Shown: positions 19,588-28,408, counted from the first letter of the stretch. The stretch is DNA of 64,000 bases from Flavobacteriales bacterium (GCA_040377305.1 JBEIPA010000001.1:128001-192000); one strand, 5' to 3'. Notes: generated by a model from the sequence alone, not told the origin. Made by a program: numbers and translations.

Positions 19588-21076
19588 GATCGCGCTTGCG
19601 CGAAAGTGCAAACATCACAAAAGCCAACGTTATCAACGATACAAAAAACGTAAGCATGCTGCTGTTTGCTTCCGATGTTTGTTCAGGTTCAAAATCCCCG
19701 AACGGAATGATGCTTCCCTGTTTCGAGCTCTGGTGTTTTTTGTCGAGATACTGATCGAACTCTTTCGGATAATCGTAATGCGTGGTGATATCGCGACCAG
19801 TGAGCCACTGATACGTGTATAATTCATTCCAACGACGCTTACCCAGTTCCACCAGATACTCTTGTCCTTTTTCGCAGGTGTAATCCGTACTGTACGGCGG
19901 GTTCGTGAGAATATATCGTCCCTGGAATCGCACCTTATTTGCAGTTTCCTGAAATAACAAATCCTGTGGAAAATGTTCGCGATCATACGTGAGGTGCAGA
20001 CGTGTGAAGTACACGAAGCCTTCGTACGTTTTAGCTTGCGTGTGATAGTCCGTGCTTTTTAGTTCAAGCCAATCTACACCCGCATCTTTCAGATCAGTTA
20101 CAACAGGTGGATCACCAACGCACGGATCACAGAATTGATTTTGCGTTGGAGAAACATCCCAACCGTATTCGAGGAAAACGGTATTCTTTCCCTCGCGACT
20201 CCATGCTTTGTTGTAGAGATCACGATAAAATTCACCGAACTCGTTGCGAACAAACAGCGGCACTTTAAAGTCGGTTGGAATAAGCGAAGTGCGATAGTTT
20301 GTTGTTTCGATGCGTCCAACTTTGGAGTACATGTACACAACAAGATCCTGTACGCCGTTTGCGTTTGCCATTCCCAGGCGAATCGGCAACATGAATTTTG
20401 GTGAGGTGTATGTAATCTGTAGTGGCTTCAATGGCACAGCTCCAGCCGCGGTGTAATTTTCGAGATTCACTTTCGCCACGAAAAACTTCATGTTCGTTTT
20501 GATGTACGGATCGAGAACTTCTTTTGCACCGACCGGCATTTTATAACCGTTGTCAATGAGCCATTCTTCTAATCCACCAGATTCAAGTGCAGAAAGAATA
20601 AGAATATCATATTCACCAACGGTGTATTTCGCTTCCACGGTTACGCCGTAGGATTTTTCCTCCATCGGTGCCGCATTTCCATCGCTGTAACCATAAGCTG
20701 CAGATCTGGTTTTCTTAGCCCCGTAGTGTGGTTTGTATTTCGGAGGAGTGTAACATGGATTCTGATCGTAGTACTCCACCAGACGTGGTGAAGAATACAA
20801 ATCAAGTTTATCGAACAACGCGCGCTCTGCAACTTTGATATCGCCTTCCTGCAATACCACCGGAACCGGAACGACCATTGCAAAATCCTTCACGTCGCCT
20901 TCAAAATCACTCGACATGGTTACGGTTTGCTTATCACCATTCTTCGCAATGATAACCTGCGATGTTTTGTTGAATAGTTTGATGTCTGCTTTTGCAACAT
21001 AAAATCCGCAGAAGCTGTAGCCGATGTTGCTTGTGAACACTATAGCTGCGAGAGTGAGGATGAGCGTCTTTTTCAT
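19568..21076 (-). CDS. DUF2330 domain protein, copy 4 (most divergent)
   Basis: Signal peptide, FCGFYVAKAD, DFAMVVPVP, FMLPIRLG, CDPC, FTRLH, FQGRY, C-terminal TM plus basic tail. Confidence 0.85.
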   Translation of the reverse strand: MKKTLILTLAAIVFTSNIGYSFCGFYVAKADIKLFNKTSQVIIAKNGDKQTVTMSSDFEGDVKDFAMVVPVPVVLQEGDIKVAERALFDKLDLYSSPRLVEYYDQNPCYTPPKYKPHYGAKKTRSAAYGYSDGNAAPMEEKSYGVTVEAKYTVGEYDILILSALESGGLEEWLIDNGYKMPVGAKEVLDPYIKTNMKFFVAKVNLENYTAAGAVPLKPLQITYTSPKFMLPIRLGMANANGVQDLVVYMYSKVGRIETTNYRTSLIPTDFKVPLFVRNEFGEFYRDLYNKAWSREGKNTVFLEYGWDVSPTQNQFCDPCVGDPPVVTDLKDAGVDWLELKSTDYHTQAKTYEGFVYFTRLHLTYDREHFPQDLLFQETANKVRFQGRYILTNPPYSTDYTCEKGQEYLVELGKRRWNELYTYQWLTGRDITTHYDYPKEFDQYLDKKHQSSKQGSIIPFGDFEPEQTSEANSSMLTFFVSLITLAFVMFALSRKRDPMSNTQ

Positions 21077-21091
21077 TCGGCGGTCGGGTTT

Positions 21092-21178
21092 ATGATATGA
21101 TGATAGAATGATCGGATGATAGGATAGGTCGAGTCAAATATTCACTACACTCTATCATTCAATCATCCCACAATCTTA
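21092..21178. repeat. Octamer tandem / inverted-arm hairpin (ATGATNGR), upstream of DUF2330 copy 4
   Basis: atgataga-atgatcgg-atgatagg ... ctctatcattcaatcatccc. Confidence 0.8.
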
Positions 21179-22681
21179 TCACTGATTCGGTACTGTTTCT
21201 TTTAGCTTGCGCTTACGCGAAAGAGCAAACATCACTCCTGCAAATGCAAGTACTGAAGTGAAAAATGTAATCATATTGCTTTCCGATTTCGTGGCATGCT
21301 CGGGTGTGAAGTTCTCCAAATCAACCAAGGCTCCCTGTTTCTTCGGAGCGCCGCCGGTTAGAAACTGATCGTATTCTTTCGGATAATCTGCATGCGATGT
21401 GATATCGCGACCCGTGAGCCACTGATAGGTGTACAATTCATTCCAGCGACGTTTCCCGAGATCCTTGATGTAAGTCTGTCCTTCTGCACACGACAAATCT
21501 CCGCTGGCCGGATGCGTGATGATGTAGCGGCCCTGAAACTTTTCTTTGTTCGCCGTTTCCTGAAACAACAAATCCTGCGGAAAGTGCGCACGATCATATT
21601 TCAAATGCATGCGCGTGAAGAAAACATTACCTGCATACGTTCTTGCTTGTGTGTGGTAGTCCTGAGTTGCCAGTGTAAGCCAATCTACTCCTGCTTCTTT
21701 CAGATCAGTTACCATTGGAGGATCGCCCACACACGGATCACAAAACTGGGTTTGATTCGGAGAAACTTCCCACGCGTATTCGAGGAACACGGTGTTCTTT
21801 CCTTCGCGTGTCCAGGCTTTGTCGTAGAGATCCCGATAAAATTCGCCGAATTCATTCTGCACAAACAGTGGTACTTTGAAATCGGTTGGAATGAGTGAAG
21901 TGCGATAATTGGTTGTTTCGATTCTTCCGATTTTCGAATACATGTAAATCACGAGATCCTGTACACCATTTGCGTTTGCCATCCCCAGTCGGATTGGCAA
22001 CATAAATTTTGGCGATGTGTAAGTAATTTGAAGCGGATCGAGATCAACCGAACCTTTATTGGCGAACTTCTCGAGATTCACTTTACACACAAAAAACTTC
22101 ATGTTCGTTTTGATGTACGGATCCAAAACTTCTTTTGCACCAACAGGCATTTTGTAACCGTTGGCGTTGAGCCACGTTTCAAGTCCTCCCGATTCTTTCG
22201 CCGACAAAATCAAAATGTCATACGTTCCGATCTGGTACTGCGCTTCAACCGTAACTCCGAGCGTATCTGCAGCATAACCAAAGTTCATCATCGGTGCTGC
22301 ATCGAAAGAAACTTCACTCAGAAGTACTCCTTCATTGTAATACTCAGGTTCCACGTAACAGGGAGTCTGATCGTAATAAGAAACCAATCGTGGAGATGAA
22401 TAATCTTCCAGTTTTCCGAAGATGCTTTGATTCACCGTTCGGATATCTTTCTCCTCCAGCACAACCGGAACTGGAACGACCATGGCAAAGTCTTTCACCT
22501 CTCCTTCAAAATCACTCGACATCGTAACGGTTTGCTTGTCGCCATTCTTTGCTATAATTACCTGTGAAGTCTTGTTGAACAATTTCACATCAGCTTTCGC
22601 CACGTAAAATCCGCAGAAACTGTAGCCTATGTTGCTGGTGAACACTATGGCAGCTAGAGTAAGTATGAGTACTTTCTTCAT
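21179..22681 (-). CDS. DUF2330 domain protein, copy 3
   Basis: Same motifs as the other copies. Confidence 0.85.
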   Translation of the reverse strand: MKKVLILTLAAIVFTSNIGYSFCGFYVAKADVKLFNKTSQVIIAKNGDKQTVTMSSDFEGEVKDFAMVVPVPVVLEEKDIRTVNQSIFGKLEDYSSPRLVSYYDQTPCYVEPEYYNEGVLLSEVSFDAAPMMNFGYAADTLGVTVEAQYQIGTYDILILSAKESGGLETWLNANGYKMPVGAKEVLDPYIKTNMKFFVCKVNLEKFANKGSVDLDPLQITYTSPKFMLPIRLGMANANGVQDLVIYMYSKIGRIETTNYRTSLIPTDFKVPLFVQNEFGEFYRDLYDKAWTREGKNTVFLEYAWEVSPNQTQFCDPCVGDPPMVTDLKEAGVDWLTLATQDYHTQARTYAGNVFFTRMHLKYDRAHFPQDLLFQETANKEKFQGRYIITHPASGDLSCAEGQTYIKDLGKRRWNELYTYQWLTGRDITSHADYPKEYDQFLTGGAPKKQGALVDLENFTPEHATKSESNMITFFTSVLAFAGVMFALSRKRKLKETVPNQ

Positions 22682-22692
22682 GACGTAAGTTT

Positions 22693-22780
22693 ATGATAGG
22701 ATGATAGAATGATCGGATGATTGGATAGGTCGGGTGATCGTACTAACTCCATCCTATCATTCAATCATCTGATAATCCCA
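22693..22780. repeat. Octamer tandem / inverted-arm hairpin (ATGATNGR), upstream of DUF2330 copy 3
   Basis: atgatagg-atgataga-atgatcgg-atgattgg ... atcctatcattcaatcatct. Confidence 0.8.
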
Positions 22781-24283
22781 TCATGAATTCGGCACTGTTT
22801 GTTCCTTTGATTTCCGCTTACGCGATAAAGCAAACATTACTCCGGCAAACGCAAGAACAGAAGTAAAGAAACTAATCATGTTGCTTTCCGATTTCGTTGC
22901 ATGTTCCGGTATGAATTCCTCAGGTGTCAAGAATGAACCTTGTTTCTTCGCCGCACCACCCGTTAAATACCGATCGAACTCCTTCGGATAATCGTAATGC
23001 GCAGTAATATCGCGACCAGTTAGCCACTGATAGGTATAGAGTTCATTCCAACGGCGCTTTCCAAGATCCTTGATATACGTTTGCCCTTCTGCACAAGAAA
23101 GATCTCCGCTTGCCGGATAGGTGATAATGTAACGACCCTGAAACTTTTCCTTGTTCGCTGTTTCCTGGAATAACAAATCCTGCGGGAAGTGTGCGCGATC
23201 ATACGTGAGGTGCAAACGCGTGAAGAACACATTACCTGCGTATGTTCTCGCTTGCGTGTGGTAATCCTGAGTCGCCAGTGTAAGCCAATCTACTCCGGCT
23301 TCTTTCAGATCAGTTACCATCGGTGGATCACCAACGCACGGATCGCAGAACTGTGTTTGATTCGGAGAAACTTCCCATGCGTATTCGAGAAACACGGTGT
23401 TCTTTCCTTCCCGTCCCCAAGCTTTATTGTAGAGATCGCGATAGAACACACCGAACTCATCTTTCGCAAACAGAGGCACTTTGAAATCGGTTGGGATTAA
23501 CGAGGTGCGATAATTAGTCGTCTCGATGCGACCGATCTTTGAATACATGTAGATGATCAAATCCTGAACCCCATTGGCATTCGCCATTCCAAGTCGGATC
23601 GGCAACATGAATTTCGGCGACGTGTAAGTAATTTGAAGTGGATCGAGATCAACAGAACCTTTGTTCGCAAATTTTTCAAGATTCACTTTGCAAACAAAGA
23701 ACTTCATATTGGTCTTGATGTACGGATCGAGAACTTCCTTAGCACCAACCGGCATTTTGTATCCGTTGTCGTTGAGCCACGTTTCGAGTCCGCCCGATTC
23801 CTTTGCTGACAAGATGAGAATATCGTACGTGCCGATTTGGTATTGAGCTTCAATAGTTACACCTAAACTTTGAGTTGTAGTCACATTCGCGACACTCATT
23901 CTCATCATTTCCGGAGCTGCAGCAACCATATCGTAATCGTAATCGTCCCGCTCAACGTAACAAGGTGTTTGATCGTAATACGATACCAATCGTGGAGCGG
24001 AATAATCTTCCAGTTTTCCGAAGATGCTTTGATTCACTGTGCGAATATCTTTCTCTTCAAGAACTACAGGCACGGGAACAACCATCGCGAAATCTTTTAC
24101 TTCGCCTTCGAAGTCGCTCGACATGGTTACTGTTTGCTTATCGCCATTCTTCGCGATAATCACCTGAGACGTTTTGTTGAAGAGCTTTACATCCGATTTC
24201 GCAACGTAGAAACCACAGAAGCTGTAGCCCATATTGCTGGTGAATAGGATAGCGGCGAGGGTGACGATAAGTATTTTTTTCAT
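22781..24283 (-). CDS. DUF2330 domain protein, copy 2
   Basis: Same motifs as the other copies. Confidence 0.85.
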   Translation of the reverse strand: MKKILIVTLAAILFTSNMGYSFCGFYVAKSDVKLFNKTSQVIIAKNGDKQTVTMSSDFEGEVKDFAMVVPVPVVLEEKDIRTVNQSIFGKLEDYSAPRLVSYYDQTPCYVERDDYDYDMVAAAPEMMRMSVANVTTTQSLGVTIEAQYQIGTYDILILSAKESGGLETWLNDNGYKMPVGAKEVLDPYIKTNMKFFVCKVNLEKFANKGSVDLDPLQITYTSPKFMLPIRLGMANANGVQDLIIYMYSKIGRIETTNYRTSLIPTDFKVPLFAKDEFGVFYRDLYNKAWGREGKNTVFLEYAWEVSPNQTQFCDPCVGDPPMVTDLKEAGVDWLTLATQDYHTQARTYAGNVFFTRLHLTYDRAHFPQDLLFQETANKEKFQGRYIITYPASGDLSCAEGQTYIKDLGKRRWNELYTYQWLTGRDITAHYDYPKEFDRYLTGGAAKKQGSFLTPEEFIPEHATKSESNMISFFTSVLAFAGVMFALSRKRKSKEQTVPNS

Positions 24284-24297
24284 GACACTGTAAGTTG

Positions 24298-24385
24298 ATG
24301 ATGGAATGATAGAATTATTGGATGATAGGATGGAACGAAGAACAACATAAACTACATCCTATCATTTAATCATCTGAGCATCCTA
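24298..24385. repeat. Octamer tandem / inverted-arm hairpin (ATGATNGR), upstream of DUF2330 copy 2
   Basis: atgatgga-atgataga-attattgg-atgatagg ... atcctatcatttaatcatct. Confidence 0.8.
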
Positions 24386-25894
24386 TCATGTTTGTGAGGT
24401 AGTTTGAGACTTTGCCTTCCGTTTTCGCGATAACGCAAACATCACTCCTGCAAATGCAAGTACAGAAGTGAAGAACGTGATCATATTGCCTTCAGACTTT
24501 GTTGCGTGTTCCGGCACGAAAGACTCGATTGACATGAACGAACCTTGTTTGGTTTTTCCACCGGTTGATTTGATGTGCTGATCATATTCCTTCGGATAGT
24601 CGTAGTGCGCAGTAATGTCGCGACCGGTAAGCCACTGATACGTGTAAAGCTCGTTCCAACGGCGCTTACCAAGCTCCTTCACATAAGTCTGTCCCTTTTC
24701 GCACGAGAAATCTCCGCTTGCCGGATGAGTAATGATGTAACGACCCTGAAATTTTTCTTTGTTCGCTGTTTCCTGGAACAACAAATCCTGCGGGAAGTGC
24801 GCGCGATCATACGTAAGATGCATACGTGTAAAGAACACATTGCCTGCGTACGTTCTCGCTTGTGTATGATAATCCTGGCTCGCAAGTTCAAGCCAATCAA
24901 CGCCAGCTTCTTTCAGGTCAGTTACCATTGGAGGATCGCCAACGCACGGATCACAAAACTGCGTTTGATTCGGAGAAACTTCCCACGCATACTCGAGGAA
25001 TACGGTATTCTTTCCTTCGCGGCCCCAAGCTTTGTTGTACAGGTCGCGGTAGAATTCGCCAAACTCATTCTGAACAAACAACGGAACTTTAAAATCGGTT
25101 GGAATCAAAGACGTGCGATAGTTTGTTGTTTCGATACGACCGATCTTCGAATACATGTAAATGATCAAATCCTGAACTCCATTCGCATTTGCCATTCCGA
25201 GTCGAATCGGCAACATGAACTTCGGTGATGCATACGTAATCTGAAGTGGATCGAGATCAACGGAACCTTTGTTTGCGAATTTTTCCAGATTCACTTTACA
25301 CACGAAGAATTTCATGTTCGTTTTGATGTACGGATCGAGCACTTCTTTAGCGCCCACCGGCATTTTGTATCCGTTGTCGTTGAGCCACATCTCTAATCCG
25401 CCCGATTCTTTCGCTGATAAAATCAGGATGTCATAAGTTCCAATTTGGTATTGCGCTTCTACAGTTACCTGGTAGTCGTCAGCCAACTCCTTGCTTACGC
25501 TTTTCATTTCCATTCTGTCGATAGACGCTCCCGCAGCCATAGGATAGTTGTAATACTCCGGTTCTACGTAACAGGGGTTCTCATCGTAATAAGAAACGAG
25601 TCGCGGGGCTGAGTAGTCATCAAGTTTGGCGAAGATGCTCGCTTGCACAGTTCGTATGTCTTTCTCTTCGAGAACTACCGGAACAGGAACGACCATTGCA
25701 AAATCCTTCACGTCGCCCTCGAAGTCGCTCGACATGGTAACGGTTTGCTTCTCGCCATTCTTCGCGATAATAACCTGCGATGATTTATTGAAAAGTTTCA
25801 CGTCTGCTTTTGCAACATAAAATCCGCAGAAGCTATAGCCCATGTTGCTGGTGAACACAATGGCTGCGAGAGTGAGTATCAGTACTTTTTTCAT
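24386..25894 (-). CDS. DUF2330 domain protein, copy 1 (first transcribed)
   Basis: Same motifs as the other copies. Confidence 0.85.
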   Translation of the reverse strand: MKKVLILTLAAIVFTSNMGYSFCGFYVAKADVKLFNKSSQVIIAKNGEKQTVTMSSDFEGDVKDFAMVVPVPVVLEEKDIRTVQASIFAKLDDYSAPRLVSYYDENPCYVEPEYYNYPMAAGASIDRMEMKSVSKELADDYQVTVEAQYQIGTYDILILSAKESGGLEMWLNDNGYKMPVGAKEVLDPYIKTNMKFFVCKVNLEKFANKGSVDLDPLQITYASPKFMLPIRLGMANANGVQDLIIYMYSKIGRIETTNYRTSLIPTDFKVPLFVQNEFGEFYRDLYNKAWGREGKNTVFLEYAWEVSPNQTQFCDPCVGDPPMVTDLKEAGVDWLELASQDYHTQARTYAGNVFFTRMHLTYDRAHFPQDLLFQETANKEKFQGRYIITHPASGDFSCEKGQTYVKELGKRRWNELYTYQWLTGRDITAHYDYPKEYDQHIKSTGGKTKQGSFMSIESFVPEHATKSEGNMITFFTSVLAFAGVMFALSRKRKAKSQTTSQT

Positions 25895-25908
25895 GACCCT
25901 TTAGTTTT

Positions 25909-25992
25909 ATGATCGAATGATTCAATGATTTGATGATCGGATTGGATACGGTACAACAGAAACTCCATCCTATCAATCTATAATCATATCAT
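25909..25992. repeat. Octamer tandem / inverted-arm hairpin (more degenerate), upstream of DUF2330 copy 1
   Basis: atgatcga-atgattca-atgatttg-atgatcgg ... atcctatcaatctataatcat. Confidence 0.7.
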
Positions 25993-26015
25993 GCTAATTA
26001 TTCGTGGTATTGAGT

Positions 26016-26879
26016 TTATTTAGACCAGGAGAATTTATCTCCTTTGAAAATTTTATCGAGCACAGGAACGAGTGGTGACAAGAAGAACAATGCCCACACT
26101 GGAGGCGCAGAATACACCCACCATTTCGTTGCCATGTAGTATGCCAGAATGCCAACTCCAACAGCCCATATCAATCGTGCTTTTTGTGAAGCAGGAGTCT
26201 GAACCGGATCAGTGATCATGAAGAAGGTGAAGAGCAGCAACGAACCGTTCGTTAATTGATGCGTAAAGAAATCCATCGGCCAACCGAGGTAAAGAATGTT
26301 GCGCGCAAACATTAACCCGAGGAACGTAAGCAAGAATGCAAACGCTGTATCGAGACGTTTAACGCGCAACAGCACAACCAAACCTGTAAGGCCTACAACA
26401 AACAACAACAAACCGTCACTTCCCCACTGTCCAGGAGAAATCCATGAGTCACCTGTAAGCAGGACTGTTACACAGATTCCAAAGTTTGTTGGATTGAAAA
26501 TATGTTTGCCATTATATTTTAAAAAGAACTTGCTTCCGATGGAGAGCACTGCACACAACACGAATGTCCACACACTGTTTGCCTGCATCATCAAACAGAT
26601 ACTCATTGCACTTACGAGTGCACTCTTGAGTCCTGTCCAATCTTTCGTCTTGAACTGTATCCAAAGTGCCTGCACTGCGAGACAAGAAAGAATCACGATG
26701 TTCACCCGCATGATTGGGATCGTCCAATCCAACACGAAAATCCCGTACAACAGGAAAGACAGTTGGAACAGAATCTGATAATGGCGGGCATCACTTCGAA
26801 ACCATTCGAGAACGTTAGTTACGGGCTTAATCGCCGTTTTTAGGGCGTTTTGGGCGACGGGTAGAGATTGAGTTTCCAT
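26016..26879 (-). CDS. Orphan NqrB/RnfD-family integral membrane protein
   Basis: About 9-10 TM helices; GKHIFNPTNFG and FFMITDP motifs; no other rnf/nqr genes in the window; likely start METQS at 26879. Confidence 0.8.
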   Translation of the reverse strand: METQSLPVAQNALKTAIKPVTNVLEWFRSDARHYQILFQLSFLLYGIFVLDWTIPIMRVNIVILSCLAVQALWIQFKTKDWTGLKSALVSAMSICLMMQANSVWTFVLCAVLSIGSKFFLKYNGKHIFNPTNFGICVTVLLTGDSWISPGQWGSDGLLLFVVGLTGLVVLLRVKRLDTAFAFLLTFLGLMFARNILYLGWPMDFFTHQLTNGSLLLFTFFMITDPVQTPASQKARLIWAVGVGILAYYMATKWWVYSAPPVWALFFLSPLVPVLDKIFKGDKFSWSK

Positions 26880-26945
26880 TGGATTAGTATTAATTCCGCA
26901 AGTAGGATGCGGGGCTTTAGCTGATTCCATAAAAGGTACAAAAAA

Positions 26946-27088
26946 AGATGGGAGTCGGGAGATGGGAGACGGGAGTGAAAAGCTGCAGGGCCAACGCGAT
27001 TGCATTGGAATCATTGATTTCCAAATTCATGGCGAATAATTAGATGCCGGATATGCGTCTTCCTACTCCCGTCTCCGATCTCCTAACT
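26946..27088. repeat. Heptamer tandem / inverted-arm element (AGACGGG family)
   Basis: agatggg-agtcggg-agatggg-agacggg-agt ... act-cccgtct-ccgatct-cctaact. Confidence 0.8.
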
Positions 27089-27555
27089 CAATACTCGTCT
27101 GCTTTCAACACTTTCTTCACCCGTGAGCCTTCTTCATTGAAGCACTGCACATAATACACGCCGACCGGAAACCCGCGGAAGTCAACCTGGAAAAGCTGAT
27201 GCGTGTTTACGAAAAATCCATAGCTGTAGTATTCTTTTCCGAAGCGATCAAACACTTTTACGTAAACCACTCCCGGAACCTTTACCCAGATGTCCATTGT
27301 AATTAAATCGACTGGGGGATTCGGTGTGTACCAGAAATCTATCGGATCGCAAATGGTGTTGGAGTTCCAGTATGTTAATCCTGCATTGTTCGAAAAGCAA
27401 TCATTCTGATAGGTGAATCCATCGCAACCACAAACCGGTTCGTAGCGCGGATCACAATAACCCCCGTATACAACTTGTGTAGAGTCGTAACACCCTTGCG
27501 CTTTCGCAAAATGACATACGACAATCAACAATACCGCAAAAGTCCAACGGATCAT
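27088..27555 (-). CDS. Kazal-type protease inhibitor domain protein with T9SS-like C-terminal domain
   Basis: C...YEPVCGCDGFTYQNDC Kazal motif; TPNP...GVYYV...KKVLK CTD pattern. Confidence 0.8.
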   Translation of the reverse strand: MIRWTFAVLLIVVCHFAKAQGCYDSTQVVYGGYCDPRYEPVCGCDGFTYQNDCFSNNAGLTYWNSNTICDPIDFWYTPNPPVDLITMDIWVKVPGVVYVKVFDRFGKEYYSYGFFVNTHQLFQVDFRGFPVGVYYVQCFNEEGSRVKKVLKADEY

Positions 27556-27676
27556 GGTTTAAAGATACGAAGTCATTGAGTCAGGACGAACACTTACTCA
27601 ATGAAAGTGCACACAAAAACAAACTGTACAATGTTAAAATGCATCCGATCGTTATTTGTAGTAAACCCACTGCCCT

Positions 27677-28408
27677 ATGAACCGCTACCTGTTTGTGCTG
27701 TGCGCACTCCTCTCCTGCTCTGCTGCTAAAGAAAGCCCTGCGAGAACTTTTCAGAAGAAACTCGATAAAATGTCGGTTACCGAAGTGAATGAAACCTACA
27801 CTTCTATCTGTGACCGGCTCGAAGTGAGCAGAAAATCAATGGCCGCCGAATTAAAAAAAGCGACGACTAAAGATGCCAGAACAAAAATCTACGAGCGTGC
27901 GCGACAATTGCTTATCACGACTTTATCGGATAGTATGTTCGTGTGTTGGTATGGAACGGAGTGGGACTTTAACGGAATAACAACTCAACCACGAACAGGA
28001 GAAATTGCCTGTGGATATTTCGTAACGACATTAGTCGAAGATGCGGGATTCAAAATCGGTCGTGTGGAACTTGCACAATGCGCCTCGCAATCCATGATTA
28101 ACACACTATGTCCTGCAGCCGACAGAAAAGTGATCACCGGAGGAAAAGTCGATAAAGTGAAAGAACACCTGCTCGCCAAAGATGACGGCATCTTCATTAT
28201 CGGTCTTGATTCACATACAGGTTTTGTTGTGAAGAAAGGCACGGAACTGCGCGTAGTGCATTCCAATTACACCATGGCATCGGATGGAGTGATGAGTGAA
28301 CCATTCGACAACTCCTCTGTTATTCAGAATAACGGCTATTTCGTTATCGGGGATTTTATGAACAGCGATAGCACCATGATCAAATGGCTGAATGGAACGG
28401 ACTACTAA
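27677..28408 (+). CDS. Lipoprotein with putative NlpC/P60-like Cys-His dyad
   Basis: LLSC lipobox; WYGTEW..G...IACGYFV, HTGFV, VHSNY. Confidence 0.6.
   Translation: MNRYLFVLCALLSCSAAKESPARTFQKKLDKMSVTEVNETYTSICDRLEVSRKSMAAELKKATTKDARTKIYERARQLLITTLSDSMFVCWYGTEWDFNGITTQPRTGEIACGYFVTTLVEDAGFKIGRVELAQCASQSMINTLCPAADRKVITGGKVDKVKEHLLAKDDGIFIIGLDSHTGFVVKKGTELRVVHSNYTMASDGVMSEPFDNSSVIQNNGYFVIGDFMNSDSTMIKWLNGTDY

Noticed and set aside
19568-25894. Diversity-generating retroelement behind the DUF2330 variable loops
   Set aside because: No reverse transcriptase or template repeat in the window; the differences include indels and all four bases rather than adenine-only changes
19568-25894. DUF2330 array as an assembly artefact
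   Set aside because: Copies differ at many synonymous sites and have distinct loops and spacers; long reads would still be the definitive test
21077-26015. CRISPR array or integron
   Set aside because: Repeats are degenerate and 1.6 kb apart; no cas or tyrosine integrase gene; no canonical attC ends recognised
26016-26879. Calling the gene rnfD or nqrB of a respiratory complex
   Set aside because: No other subunits nearby and the FMN-Thr loop is absent
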